Assembly: GCA_012295275.1 (NCBI GenBank)
Contig: CM022678.1
Coordinates: forward strand, 17,856,001-17,920,000
Source of the DNA: Chrysomallon squamiferum
Lineage: Eukaryota > Animalia > Mollusca
Length of the DNA: 64,000 bases
Direction of reading: 5' to 3'
Shown one piece after another: positions 1 to 13,212 of the stretch. Made by a program: the position numbers and the translations under genes. The notes beneath the pieces were generated by a model. It ran no database searches and was not told where the DNA came from. It saw only the letters and a program-made list of their open reading frames with translations. The stretch's first letter is position 1; each line of letters opens with the position of its first letter.

Positions 1-94
1 CATAGTCTTTCATTCTATTTCATTTAAATTTTTATTGCTTTATTATTATTATCATTATTATTATTATTATTATTTTTACATGAAGCACTTACAG

Positions 95-548
95 TTTATG
101 ACATCAGAACAAAGATAAGGAAAGAACAACTGGATGAAAAATGTCGCGAACAGCTCGCTTTGCTCATTGTCAGTGGATCAGAGGATCAAGTGTATATGAT
201 GCAAGGAGTGGGCTGGACTCATGGAGACCTGACAGGTTTGGAGCATTTTAATTAATTTGGATATTTACAGAGTCCTTTGAATACCAAAATGGATCTTATT
301 AAGTAGCATTTGACAGTTATTGAGTTATGCAAATATTGTATTGCTGGTATTGTTATTTTTGTATTGATACAACACCCATGTCCATAGCTTGAGTGGCTGT
401 AAAAATGTGTCTAATTAAAATCACTGAAAACTCCGACTAAACTTAATTGTTTGAATACTGGATTAACAAACTTTTTACAAATAGATCAATGTATTGTTAT
501 TAAATTTTATTTTTATTATGTTGGTTATTTTATTGTTACAGTAAAAAA

Positions 549-634
<86 letters not shown>

Positions 635-3545
635 AAATAAAGAACTTATTCATTGCTAACTCAAAAGTGAGTTATGCAATTTAATCCCCAATTTGATTCA
701 TAAGATCTCATTTTCAGCATCAAGCGCTGTAACAGATAATCTATTTCGTAAATGTGATTTTTATCTTTAGATTTGAAAATAAAGTTGATTGAAGAAATTG
801 TTTCAACCATATCAGTGAAAAGATTAAAAAATAAAAAATGTTTCACAAAAGAAATATGAACAGTAGATAGAAGATGATTTTTTGTATTTTTAATCTTTTT
901 AACAGTTGTATAGCAGAAGTTCTGAAATAAAATCACTCAATATTAAATTTTAAAAGTAACAATTTAAATAAAATAAGTACTTAGTTAGTTTAATTTAGTT
1001 TAATTTAATTTAATTTAATTTATTTACCTTCTAGAGTGGAACACACTGATGATGTCTGATGGATCTGTAGTTATCATAGATTATAGTGAAGCAGTCAAAA
1101 AGACAGGGGATGACGACTATTGGCAGATTTTCAGGCTGTTTTACACCTTGTTCAATGGAAAAGAGTTTCATGATGAAGATATGCAAAATCCAAAAACATT
1201 TGAAGAAGTAATAATAGAAATACTATGATTATAGTTCCTTTATCATTATGATTCTTATTATTGTTGTTATTTTCATTATTATGGTTAATATTGATATTTT
1301 TTATTCCTTGGTTATTGTTGATATTATTTTTATTATTATTGAATACCTTCAAAATTGTTAAAACATAAAATGTACATTTTAATGACAAAATGAAAAAGTC
1401 ATAATTAATTTATTTTGTTCTTGTTGATGTTGTTGCTGTTACTATAGCTTTTTCTCATTATTACAATGAATTTTATTTTACATTTGTTTTGTTTTGTTTT
1501 ATCTGTTTGTATGTTCGTTTGCTTTATTTTATTTTATTTTATTTTATTTTATTTTATTTTATTTTTTTACTATTATTTATTTGTGTATTTGTTTTTGCTA
1601 GATCTTGGAAGATGTGAAAGAATTGCCTGAAGAATTGGGAGGTAATACAACTGAAAATACAGAAGAATGCATGTACCAGACTGATTAGATCATTTCTATT
1701 ATATTTTTATCATTCTTTTCATCTTCAGTTGTTGTTTTTTTTTCATTATTTTTCCATGAATACCTTGTTGTATTTAGTTAAAAATCTATAACTGTGATTG
1801 ATAATTAATTACGGTGAAACAGGTGGTAAATTCTAGGGAGGTCAAGTAGAAATATGTTCAGTTTTGTTTATTTAATTATTCAAATTTTCACGTGTTCATT
1901 CATTCATTTATTCATTCAGTATCTCAGTTATTTATATATTTATTTTCCGTTATTTAATATTATTCCTTTCTTGTTTTTTTGTTGTTTTTTCTCGTTCATT
2001 ATCTTACTGGGTTTTCTTTCTTTTTTTCTTTCGTCATCTGTCACTTTATACAGGTTCGTTTTGAATAATTTATTTGGATTTATGTTCAGCTATAACAATT
2101 GTTTATTCTGATGATTATACCGTTTTATTTTTGTCAGAAAATGATGATGGAAATCTATGATACATGAGTTTTATTCAAAATGTAAGTATTGGAACAAAGA
2201 AAGTTTGATTTCAGTTGGTTATATTATTTTCAGGTTTTAGAGCAGGATCCTCATCATCAGCAAGAAATGTCTCAAAGTGGAACTGCACAGTTGCAGGTGA
2301 TGTGAGAATTTGGAGTTGTGTTTGTTTTGTTGGGAATTTTCTTTTTCTGTTTTTTCTTTTGTTACTGATCATAGTAAAGCGATACACAATCTGTTAATAT
2401 ATGTTCAAACTTCCACTTTACAGTTCAATGGTGTCTCCAGTGTTGTTGAAGAAGTTGTATCTACATATGATAAATTGATTGTCTAACATTGTAAAAGTTC
2501 TAAAAATAGAAGTGAGAATTACGTATACTAGTAAATAGTGTGTTATCTATGATACATTATGAGTTGTCTTCAAAATGTACGTATTGGAACAAAGAAAGTT
2601 TAATTTCAGTTGGTTATATTATTTTCAGATTTTAGCGCAGAATCCTGACGATCTGGAAGAAAAAGCTCTAAGTGGAGTTGCAAGGAACCAGGTGGTGTGT
2701 GAATTCAGAGTTGTTGTTTGTTTTGTTTGTTTTTTTGTTTTTTTTTGTAGGGATTTTTTTTTTCTTTTGTTACTGATCATAGTAAAGCGATATACAATCT
2801 GTAGTTAATATATGTTCAAACTTTCACTTTACAGTTTAATGATATCTTCAGTGTTGTTGAAGAAGTTGTTCTTACATTGTTGTATCTACATATATATAAT
2901 AAATTATTGTCTAGCATTGTGCTAAAAATAGAAATGAGAATTATCTATAATAGTAAATACATGTTATCTATGATACATTATGAGTTGTCTTCAAAATGTA
3001 CGTATTGGAACAGAAAGTTTGATTGAAGTTGGTTATATTATTTTCAGGTGTTAGAGCAGGATCCTCAGGATATCGATTTATCGTGTGGTGAAGTTAGTCT
3101 GAAGGGCAGTCAAGAATTCAGACAGACAGCTTCTGTGTCTGGTATGTATCCTAGAGTAAATTTAAACACACATACATTCACGCACACATGCACACACAAA
3201 TACACACAGTATATTTTTTCTTTCTTTAGTCATGCATGTTATAATAATCATTTCTGGTTGTTTGCAGTAAATTTCCTAATATATAATGTGCATTCTGATT
3301 GGACAGTTTGGGTTTCTTGTCATTCAGTACATAAATTATTTATTTTATCTTGGTTAGGGGATGATGAGAAAGGTACTGATGGAGTGGCATTCAAGAATGA
3401 AATGTAAGCAAGTTTAATTGTGTTTTTATTAAAATGTAAATTTATTCTCTTTGTATTTGATAGTGAATGCATTTTCATATGTCATAGAACTAAATAAATT
3501 TCCATTCAGATTAGTTCAAATATTCACAAAGTGTTAAATACGAAC

Positions 3546-3591
<46 letters not shown>

Positions 3592-3691
3592 GGTAATACC
3601 AGTTCGTTCTTGTGTTGACAAATGGAAAGATGTTAAGCTACCTAAATCAAAAGCAGAATTGATAGACCAAATAATGAAAATGAAGAAATGA
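95..3691 (+). CDS. 3' portion of a spliced divergent protein kinase(-like) gene; 5' exons lie upstream of the window
   Basis: AG/GT-bounded exons 95-235, 1035-1207, 1602-1641, 2234-2296, 2629-2691, 3048-3141, 3358-3403 and 3592-3691 (TGA). Exons 1+2 join in phase to give GWTHGDLTEWNTLMMSDGSVVIIDYSEAVKKTGDDDYWQIFRLFYTLFNGKEF: catalytic loop HGDLxxxN, DFG-equivalent DYS and an alphaF-like DxW...YxLxxG. The last five exons join in phase to ...KAELIDQIMKMKK*. The 1641/2234 junction is out of phase by 1 nt. Confidence 0.75.
2153..3141 (+). repeat. Three-copy ~400 bp tandem duplication, each unit carrying an acceptor plus exon
   Basis: Unit start atctatgataca...cagttggttatattattttcag recurs at about 2153, 2546 and 2966. 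The exons begin VLEQDP, ILAQNP and VLEQDP. Confidence 0.9.
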
Positions 3692-4930
3692 ACAAATCTT
3701 CAACAGCTTCAATTTTTAACTCTTTAAATGGTGTATTCTTTCTGTGTTATACAATAAGTTGTTATTTTTTTTGTGGTTAAAATTCTGTTTAAAACAAAAG
3801 AAAAGGAAACGTTTTGTCAGCATAACACATTTACTTGCGAACTTGTGAACTATTAACAAACACTGGGATTAACAAACTCAAAACTGGCATCAAAGTTGCA
3901 AAGTAATTCAGAAAGGCTGTCTGCGGAACTGTTTACAATGTTTTTGTTTACATAACATGTGTTGATTGATTGAAGATAGCTCAATCGATTACTGATGGAT
4001 ATTCTGTTGTGCTATTCTGTGGTCCGTACTTGTGCTCAGAAACTAAGTAACAAACTAAGAAAGATTAATAACTAAAAGATTAACTAGAAAGTTAAAGTAA
4101 CCAACGGGGTTTAATTAGTTTAGTATAATGTATCAACGCTATTTATAGCAAGTTAATAAATAATTAATATTGTTACTAAAGAATTAACACACATATAGTT
4201 CATAAATATAATTAATATATAGCTAGTTGAAAAATAATTAGTTTGTAGTTAGTTAATAAATAATTAACATACAGCTAGTTAATACAAAATATGTAGCTAG
4301 TTCATAAATAATTAATATATAGGTAGTTAATCAATAATTACATAGCTAGTTAATAAATAATTAATATATATTTAGTTGGTGTTTTATCCCTTAACATGAA
4401 AAAAATGAATACTAACAGCGTTGACGTGAAGTATGTGAAAACATTTAAACCTTTTGTTTTTCTTGTTTTTTTTTTTTTTTTTTTTTTTATACCTTGAATG
4501 TTTTACCAATTTCATGGTTAACCGTAAATAAGTTATTGTTAAAATGTATCCGCACAGAGATGAATCAATTAGGTTATTTATAATTATTTCATAACGTTTT
4601 TGTGTGTTACTATTACATGTTGGTATGTCTTCAACTTAAATTCGTTTGCAGACTTTAAAAAACTATATATATTTACTTGACTATTTGCTGATTATTACTT
4701 GTTATAGTTAAATTATGTTGAAACATTTTCCGAGTTTGTTAACTCGCGAATGTTTTACCTTGTATTCTTGATGACTTCAGTGTTGTGCTTCACATATTTA
4801 ATATAATAATGTTGCCACGTTTTGTGATTTACTCATTTTATTATTACATTTTACGTAGTGATTAGTTATGTTTTCATTTTAAAAGTCACTGCTGTATTTT
4901 TGCTTATTTTATTGTGAAGTTCATAATTTG

Positions 4931-5098
4931 TTGATTGTACTGTTAAATTTTACATTTTTGCTGATTGTACTGTGAAATTTTATATTTTTGCTGATTGTAC
5001 TGTGAAATTTTACATTTTTGCTGATTGTACTGTGAAATTTTACATTTTTACTGATTGTACTGTGAAATTTTACATTTTTGCTGATTGTACTGTGAAAC
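4931..5098. repeat. 30-bp minisatellite (about 5.5 copies, degenerate flanks to ~5400)
   Basis: ctgattgtactgtgaaattttacatttttg repeated with period 30. Confidence 0.95.
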
Positions 5099-5401
5099 TG
5101 ATAAAATGCGATTGCTCTACTTATCTTTTGCTGATTGTATTTGTACAGTTAAATTTATTTTTATTTTCCTTTCAAACAGATACAAACTGTATTTATCTTT
5201 TGCAGATTTTTCTGTGGAATTAATAAAAAAAAAAATTAATTATCTTTCGATTGATGTTAAATTGATAAAATGCTGTTTTACACTTTGTTAGATTTTGCTG
5301 ATTTTATTGTCAAATTGACAGTTTTTCTGTATAAGATTTTTTGCTCGTTTTACTGTCAACCTGATAAAATACTAATGACGGTACTGTTAAATTATACATT
5401 A

Positions 5402-7072
5402 TTACATTTTTACGATTTCTTTTCTCCTAGCGTACATTGGAAGCTCATTGTCAAGAGTGTGGCATTCTACTTCAAACAGGCTTCTTATGAGGTTAATTTC
5501 TCTGTCAAACGTATTTGTTTCCCAGCTTTTTCTGAGGGTCTTTTCTAGATCTTTCTGAAATGCCTGAAATTCTGTCCTCTGAAGATTTAATTCCTTTACT
5601 TTATCTTCCAGAGCATCCCGTTCTGATTGCATTTTGTAAAAAAGATTGACTGGCATATGCTTGGTTGCTGTGAGACCTGAAATCTGTTTTTTCGCTTTTT
5701 TTTATCTTCTCATCGTGTCTTTCCAGTGCTTGTTTTGCCTGGCTTCTAATCTTTTCTAAATGGCTCGTGAAAATATCTTCATTCTTACCTGTTGTTATGG
5801 ATTCATTCACTTCATCGAAAGTTGTATATATTTATAGATCGTTCTCTCGGTTTCCCAGTTTTATGAGATGTTCAGCTCCTCCACTTAAATGTCTACTGGC
5901 GAATTTTAGAGTAATCACAGTCCGATTGTCTTTCGCGCTTGATTCCCAGTCCGTCAGTTCAAATCCCACCGTAGCACCCAAGCTCTGGAAATGTTTCTTC
6001 AGAAAACTGCGCATGTCAAAGTCATCAGACGTTTCTTCTCCTGTTTCGATATTTTATTTTTGTTTCTCCCTTTACTGACTGACGAACAAGACAAAGACTC
6101 ATTCTGTCAATTTTTGAGTCTGACTTGCCTCGGTTCTTTTCTTTAACGTTCGGCAGGTTCCGACTGTTTCCGTTCGGATCAGCTGCAGACGTTGATGTAT
6201 CATAATCGCAGTTTTTAGCGTGTTTCCTTGTTTTATCTGCTGACTTCTGGACGTGATCGTTTTGTGGAGTTTGTGAAGTATTCACGTTTTCTTCTTTGTC
6301 ACGTTTTTTATTTGATTTATCTATTACGGTCTCTTCTACTCTATCATGTTTCTTTCTCTCATCCCTAGCTTTCTGAACGAAGATTTTTTCTTTGGCAGAT
6401 TTCTGATTTCTGGGACGTATTTCAGAAATCGACTGTGGGCGTCGACCTTCATTAGCGTTACTGCTGTTTCTTTCAATGTGATTATCAGATTCCGCATTTT
6501 TGCTTTCACCTTCTGACCTTCCAAGACGTCTCGAGATACATCTGTAGTTGTATCTGCGATTGTCATTTTTTTCACTGCAGAGGTCAGCTTGAAAAGACGA
6601 CTTAGTACAATTTCCCGGTTTCTTTATTGTTTCTGCAACGGACACGCCCGCTGACCTGTCATAAAGTGTGTCTGTCGTAGACGTGCTTCACAACAGCTTG
6701 CTCTGATTAGCACGTTAATTTTTTTATTCATTCATTCATTCATTGTTTCTCTGGTTGTATTTGCTTGTGAAGCATTATTTCTTTTTGGGGTGTGAATATC
6801 TTTGGCGGTCGGTCGTGATCTAGCTCGAGATTCCGACTCCCGGTTTTCTTTGACTGACTTTTGCGACAGATCTTTTTCTGTAGGTGACTTTGAGTTTTTG
6901 CCTTCTGTTGTCTTTGGTCGTGTCTCTTTATTTTGTCGTCTGTGCCTATTGTAATACGTTCTTCAACTTCCGGAACGTCACGGTTTGGCGCTTGTTGTTT
7001 GTAATTGTTTATTTCGCAGTCGGTGATTTTAGCAGTTGATTGTTTCGACAAACCTTCAGCCATTTTTTTCAC
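5402..7072 (-). pseudogene. Frameshifted N-terminal fragment of a DEAH-box RNA helicase (DEAH11/12-like, helicase-RBR type)
   Basis: A chain of overlapping minus-strand ORFs (7072-6740, 6645-6025, 6014-5832, 5810-5601, 5656-5402) ends in a coiled-coil segment and FEVECHTLDNELPMYARRKEIV. This resembles the EC.RL...LP(I/M)YA.R..I segment just before motif I in DEAH11/12-type helicases. No GETGSGKS follows. Confidence 0.6.
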
Positions 7073-7777
7073 AGTTTATTCTTGTTTATTACAATTTATT
7101 TCGAAGAGGATTTAAAAGTAAGCAGATTTCTTTCCATCTTATAATGTTTTATTTTATTCTTTATTTTTTTTATTGTTGTTCTTATTGCTTTTTATTGTTT
7201 ATTTATTTTATGGGAATTTTTTCTCGCGATTACTGAAGACCTAGATTATATCAGCGAGTCAGTGTCTCGTATTCTTACTGATCCGAAAATCCGAAAACAG
7301 TCTACTGAAAAAGATAATAACAAATATATATATATATATATATACACACACATACACGCACCAAGACTCACACACACACACATATATGTATGCATATACA
7401 TACCTATATAGTGATGAATTCATCGCATATTATAGACACCTACAAGGTACTCCAAAGTGATTTTCTGTCTGGGAACTAAAAGGTTGACTCCCAGCTATAA
7501 TTATTGATCGTTTTATCATAGTTACATAACAAATTTGAAAAATTCATAACTCTATTACTTCTTGTACCTGTAAACACAGTGAAAAGGTCTAGATGATGAA
7601 ATTCATTTAGAAAAATCAGTTAGAAAATTTGAAACGGTATTTTTTGGGGGGTTATATAATAATACAAGTAAATAGGCCACAACTGCGCGTGCGGACCGGA
7701 AATTATGGCCAAATAACCGTAGAAACGTAAAACCGGTTCACGGGAAAATACCAACAATATCAGCGTGACAGACAGAC

Positions 7778-7871
<94 letters not shown>

Positions 7872-8011
7872 TGTGTGTGTGTGCGTGCGTGTGTTATATC
7901 TGTTATGGTTACTGGATTAATGGTCCCTATGACAACATCCTAGAACTTAATTTAATGTCCTGAAAGTGAAACTAGTTACTGTATATGTATTATTATACAG
8001 ACTACATGATT

Positions 8012-8046
<35 letters not shown>

Positions 8047-8357
8047 TAAATAATTACGTTAATTAATTAATAATGTTCATCTATTTGGCCTATATTACCA
8101 CTAGTATGTATATATAATAATAATAATAATAATCATAATACAAATTTAACTTTTGCGAACGGAGACAACCGTAACAGAATATTCCATACAACCTCATTCA
8201 ATGATGCGAACTCTTTGATAGGAAAAAAGCAGATTTAATAAAGATATTGTTATATTTGGCGACATACATTCTTGTTTGTACAAAAAATGACGGTGTAGCA
8301 GCCAGAGCGGAAATATTTTTGTCAAAAAATGTTTTGAGAGGTTACACTTTTATTAAT

Positions 8358-8943
8358 AGATATAAAAAAGGATACTATGTAAACAGTTTTTGAAATGTTT
8401 TAAATATATTTATAAATGCATTGTTCTAGAAGTGTATTTCTGTGCAATCCCGAATGCTTCTGTATCCGATTTTATAATGTTTTATAGATGAATAAATGTT
8501 TAGTAAAAAACAGCGGAGAACTAGCGAATTGGATTAAAAGATCAACCGGACAAAGCACTCTCTTGTACAGATTAAATAAATTCTAATGAAATTAGAAAAT
8601 GATTATTTTTTAAAATAAAATAAAATACCAAAGCTAACTCGATTTCTACTTCTAAATATATGCATAAATACATAAAAACAATCACATATATAAATGATGA
8701 TGTTTGTGTGTCTGTTTGTGGGTTTGATGTGTCTAGTCGACATATTTATATTTCCCGCCGATCTTTCTACGTCACTGCAAATCTTTAATTGAAAATTATT
8801 TCGTCATTTTTAAATAGAAATCCATGGCTGAAAAATGCAATCGTTTTGAAGAAAGCGATGGCTTATTTCAATAGTTTTTTTGCAAAAGAATTTCATTGTT
8901 TTACGATTTGTTGTATTTATAAAAATAAATGTTTGTTTAGGTA

Positions 8944-8985
<42 letters not shown>

Positions 8986-9848
8986 GTGTGTGTGTGTGTG
9001 TGTGTGTTATTGTTTTATTTATTTATTTTTTTATTTATTTGTTTATTTCTTTATTTATTTCTTTATTTATTTTTATTTTATTTTATTTTATTTTAAAGCT
9101 ACCGAATTAAAATCCCAACAGAAAAACTGCTTCATCCACATCCTGATAAAGGTGAGACAAGAATCATATTTGAATTTTATTTCATTTGAAATGGTCTCAA
9201 ATTTTGAAATGCTTTCAGTGTTTCTTAAAAAAATGGAGAAATAAACAAACAGGAATAAAAAGAAGCCCATAAACATAAATCAGAATAGTGACATATATAA
9301 TGTATGGCTCATACCTAGGATGCCACCAAACGATTTTTGTTCTGATAAAATTATTTAAAAGATGTTTGTATAGGGGTGAACTGTCAGTGTTTGACATAGG
9401 CATGGTTTATTTTAGATACGTCTTTGAATGCAAAAGAACCAATTAATAAATTTTAGCTTTTAAAAATACGTTAGTGAGTTTTCAGCAGAGTGTCTTAGAT
9501 ACTTCTGTCTTATTAGTTCATATTTGTCTTTTAGAACGAATTCATCCAAGAAAACGAAAACGCAAGGTAAATTAAAAACGACGTTAAAATAATCTTTTAA
9601 ATTGTTTTAAATCTCGAAAAAAAAATAACAATTCAGAACTATGTTTTAAATTTTGTTGTAAAAGAAAGTAATAGTAAATGATAGTAGATATGAAAGACGT
9701 ATAAAGATAATAAAATGATGACAATTTGATTTAAACACTGAAATAATATTTACATTATGAAAAATTAAAATGTAATTTGATATTCAGTCTTGCTACAACG
9801 ACATATTGTTTTCATCTACATCCAGTGCTTATGAATTATAAAGGTTTT

Positions 9849-9879
<31 letters not shown>

Positions 9880-10045
9880 AACTTTTCTACCCAGTGTTAC
9901 TACACTTGAAAAGTTTTAATATGTTCTTTTTTTCATTTGTTTTTGTTTACATTTTCAGATTTTTTTTTTTTTTTTTTTGTTTTGTTTTTTTTTTTTGTCA
10001 AATTTTATATATTTTAATACAAATGTAAATTTTAAATGTTTATTT
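8358..10045. repeat. Segmental duplication, direct copy of ~45130-46465
   Basis: Near-identical from tataaaaaaggatactatgtaaacag onward, with indels. ORFs 9215-9403 and 45507-45821 are paralogous (MPMSNTDSS.LYKHLLNNFIRTKIVWWHPR). Confidence 0.95.
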
Positions 10046-11485
10046 CACAGCGACCATTCTAGTAAATTAAAAAAAGGAGTATTTGTAAGTTAGTTTTTTA
10101 AATTAATTTGTTCCTGTCTGTTTTATGACAGCATTGACTGTCTGACCACACTGAGGTGGAGAAACATTTCCCTAGTCACCTCCTTTACTCCTTTTTATCT
10201 TTACAGACCTAACACAATAGAAATATGCTGTAATAAAATCGTTTATCATTGTTAATCTTCATGTATTTAGTCATTTCATATCCTAACAACATAAATGTAT
10301 TTGTCTTGACTCATTATTTTATTACATTGTGTCACTTTTCACTTGATTCACTTTAATCACTCTTTAATACAGTTTTAAACAGACACGCACACACATTAAT
10401 ATTAATAATCAAAAGAAATGTTACCACAGTACAATTGAAATTTCACAAATATATTAAAACATATTTACTTTCATATGTTTTTATTTAACATTTCAGCGCG
10501 CCAGGAAAAGACACCCGAAAAAAGCAAAAAAACATTTCAAGAAAGTAATATTCTACCATTACCTGTATATAATAAAGAAGTCAAATCTTCGTGATTCTTA
10601 GAATTTACATTTAACTGAAAAAAACATAAATAACAAACACTGCAAATAAAAGAAGAAATCCCGCTTCACACCGAAATAAAAAATTATATGAGAGTAATCT
10701 CCCTTCAGCTATAGTTTCTTTCTTTCTTCTGTTTGTGGGGTTCTCGGTGTACGTTATTGCACACCAAAGAAAATCGCTGATAACGAAACGTCGTATATAG
10801 CTGTATAATGAGTAATAAATGTAAATGTGTAGGTACGTTCCAGGAATATCAGTTTACTATAAACAATATACCGTATCTATTAATATGTGATAAATAACTA
10901 AAATATAAACAATAAAAATAAATACAGTGGACACTGTCAAAACCGGATGATTCATTGAGACCAACGTGATATATCACGTTTTAGTTTGTTTTACCGTTTT
11001 AGACAGAGTGCAGATTTCTAAAGATTAAAATAACATAAAACTGGAATATTTTTTTTTTTATTACAAATGTTAATGGTCTATCAGTTGTCAGAAGATAAAC
11101 AGTCTGTCATGATGACCGTTTTTTTTTCGTTTTTCTTTCTATAAAGTGGCATTCTCTGTTTTATGGCTTTTAACGTTTTCACCATGACATTTTTTTCATC
11201 GAAAATTGTTTTTTTTTTAACTCTGGCATTTTTTTTTTTTTTTTTCCTACCTTTTGATATACTTGAATACTTTTTCCTTCTGTTCGGAGGACGTTCTAGT
11301 CCACGAGCTACCATTAACTGTTCATTTGTCAAATTTAAAACGTGTTCTATCTGTCCCGATAATTCTCTACCGTGTATGTCATAGTCATGAAGTTCTAACC
11401 GAGATACGTTCTGAATTTGTTCTGTTCTTACTTTCTCAAGACTTATCTCAAAAGATATGTACAAAAATTTCTGTTCTTTTATCAA
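9090..11485 (-). pseudogene. Prolyl 4-hydroxylase alpha-like pseudogene fragment (middle region)
   Basis: 11480-11310 encodes SLEKVRTEQIQ..HDYDIHGRELSGQIEHVLNLTNEQL, paralogous to 38345-38230. About 9550-9470 reads DKYELIRQKY/TLC*K (cf. P4HA RQKYEMLCR, with a frameshift and a probable CGA>TGA). The exon ending KIVWWHPR|gtatga at ~9315 resembles EDEWDKPR. Flank 10780-10970 matches 37895-38145. Confidence 0.6.
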
Positions 11486-11728
11486 AAGTATCTTTTTTAA
11501 ATTCCAGGAAATGCGCTGGGTATATTTTAGAAAAATACTTTTTCTAAGCTGGAGTCAGTGATAGGGAAAAAGATGAAAGTGATTTTCAATAATTACACCA
11601 CAGCCTGTGTTTTTAATTTTCTGGTAATTAATATTTAACCAAAAAACTTTAAGAAATATTACTCGTCCTAATTAATATTTTATTTATCATTTTAATTAGT
11701 ATTATTGTAGTTGTTGTGTTTACAAGAA

Positions 11729-11759
<31 letters not shown>

Positions 11760-11789
11760 ATATGATTTTAATTTTAATACCGACTGCAC

Positions 11790-12770
11790 AATTTAAATAA
11801 TGGAGATTGGATATTTATATCATATTAGGCGTATTATGTAGATAAGAAGGCGGCAGTTTAATCTGATATTTTAAAAGCTTCAGGTAAAATTTTACTGATA
11901 ACTCGAGGAGAAACATTATTATTTAGTTGATAGTAAAGACATTATTGTTATGTTGTAATAGGATTAAATAAATGATATATTTCGTCTAGCTAACTGAAAA
12001 TATCCTCATATCTCATAAAACACTAGTTCAGGAGGACAGGCATGTTTTCTATGATGTAACTTACAAAGTAAAATATTAACTATATAAGATTTCTCCTAGT
12101 AGAATAAAATGTACGTGAAATTATCAATATTTGTTATGATGCAAAATAGAGGAAAATATAATAAAACATCACGTTATTTTCACTCAGTATCAGTTTATAA
12201 TATAAACGTCGCTGGTTTTATGTATTAACGTGAATTAATGTAATCTGTTCTGCTGTTAATCAAATATCACATTTATATGGATCTGACCTTTTATTTTATA
12301 GTGGCATTCAGCGCTGGACTTCTAAATTCAGAAATAAATAACTTAATGACTAGATATACAGGGGAAGCCCTCTGTTGTGAAATATGTTTCTGTTAAACTG
12401 AATTACAATTTCTTCTCAACAAAAATAAAAAATAAAAATAAATAATACTGAACACGTGGGAAGTTACACTTTACTTGAATCATAAAATTTGAGTTTGCAA
12501 AGCAGACGACATTAAAATTAAAATTCACAGAGATAAGCTAAGTTTTCTGTTTTGTAAAACGCGACGTAATTCACATTTTATATATAAAACCAGCGACGTT
12601 TATTGATACTTAGTGAAAATAACGTGATGTTTTGTTATGTTTTACCTCTATTTTGCATCATAAAAAATACAATCTTACCTGAAGTTTTAAAATATCAGAT
12701 TAAACTAGCGCCGTCTCAAATACATATATAATGATACATACTATTAATATCCAACATCCATTAGATAAAT
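11790..12770. repeat. Long imperfect inverted repeat (arms ~11790-11890 plus 12135-12240 versus 12567-12770)
   Basis: gtttaatctgatattttaaaagcttcaggtaa pairs with ttacctgaagttttaaaatatcagattaaac; aaaacatcacgttattttcact pairs with agtgaaaataacgtgatgtttt; aaacgtcgctggtttta pairs with taaaaccagcgacgttt. Confidence 0.85.
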
Positions 12771-12799
12771 TATATTTATTTATTTATTTATTTATATAT

Positions 12800-12846
<47 letters not shown>

Positions 12847-13029
12847 TTTCAATTAAAGATAATCAGTGTAAATAGAGGTATTCATAATATTTCAAGCTAT
12901 TTTTGGTTGGATCTCAGTTTATAAAACTGAAATCTTGTTAATTTATAGAACGTAAATTCCGTCCAGCAATTTGTCCATAGAAAACTACACTGTACGTCAA
13001 AGTTTCATGTTTCAGTAAATACTCAAATA

Positions 13030-13212
13030 CGATTTGTATCATGACTTGACTTTTGGAAGAACAAAACTGGACAGCAGAATTTTTACTGAAACACGTGTTA
13101 TCCAGACAGTCAGCTACACGTCTGCACAGCCCGACTTGTCTTCACAAGTTTCACCCAAACGTTTCTTCACAAAACACTCGCCGTTGTACAGGACGAACAA
13201 GTACCACATTTC
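13030..13212 (-). pseudogene. Degenerate Cys-rich (EB module/EGF-like) exon
   Basis: After a ttttaag acceptor the minus strand reads LYNGECFVKKRLGETCEDKSGCAD / (frameshift) VADCLDNTCFS, matching the G.C......G..C.....C.....C....C spacing of EB-type repeats. Confidence 0.5.

Noticed and set aside
451-684. ORF with IYIYIY run, and similar CVCV, LLLL, TTTT, ERER and LSIF ORFs throughout
   Set aside because: Translations of TA, GT, ATT, ACT, GA and GATA microsatellites.
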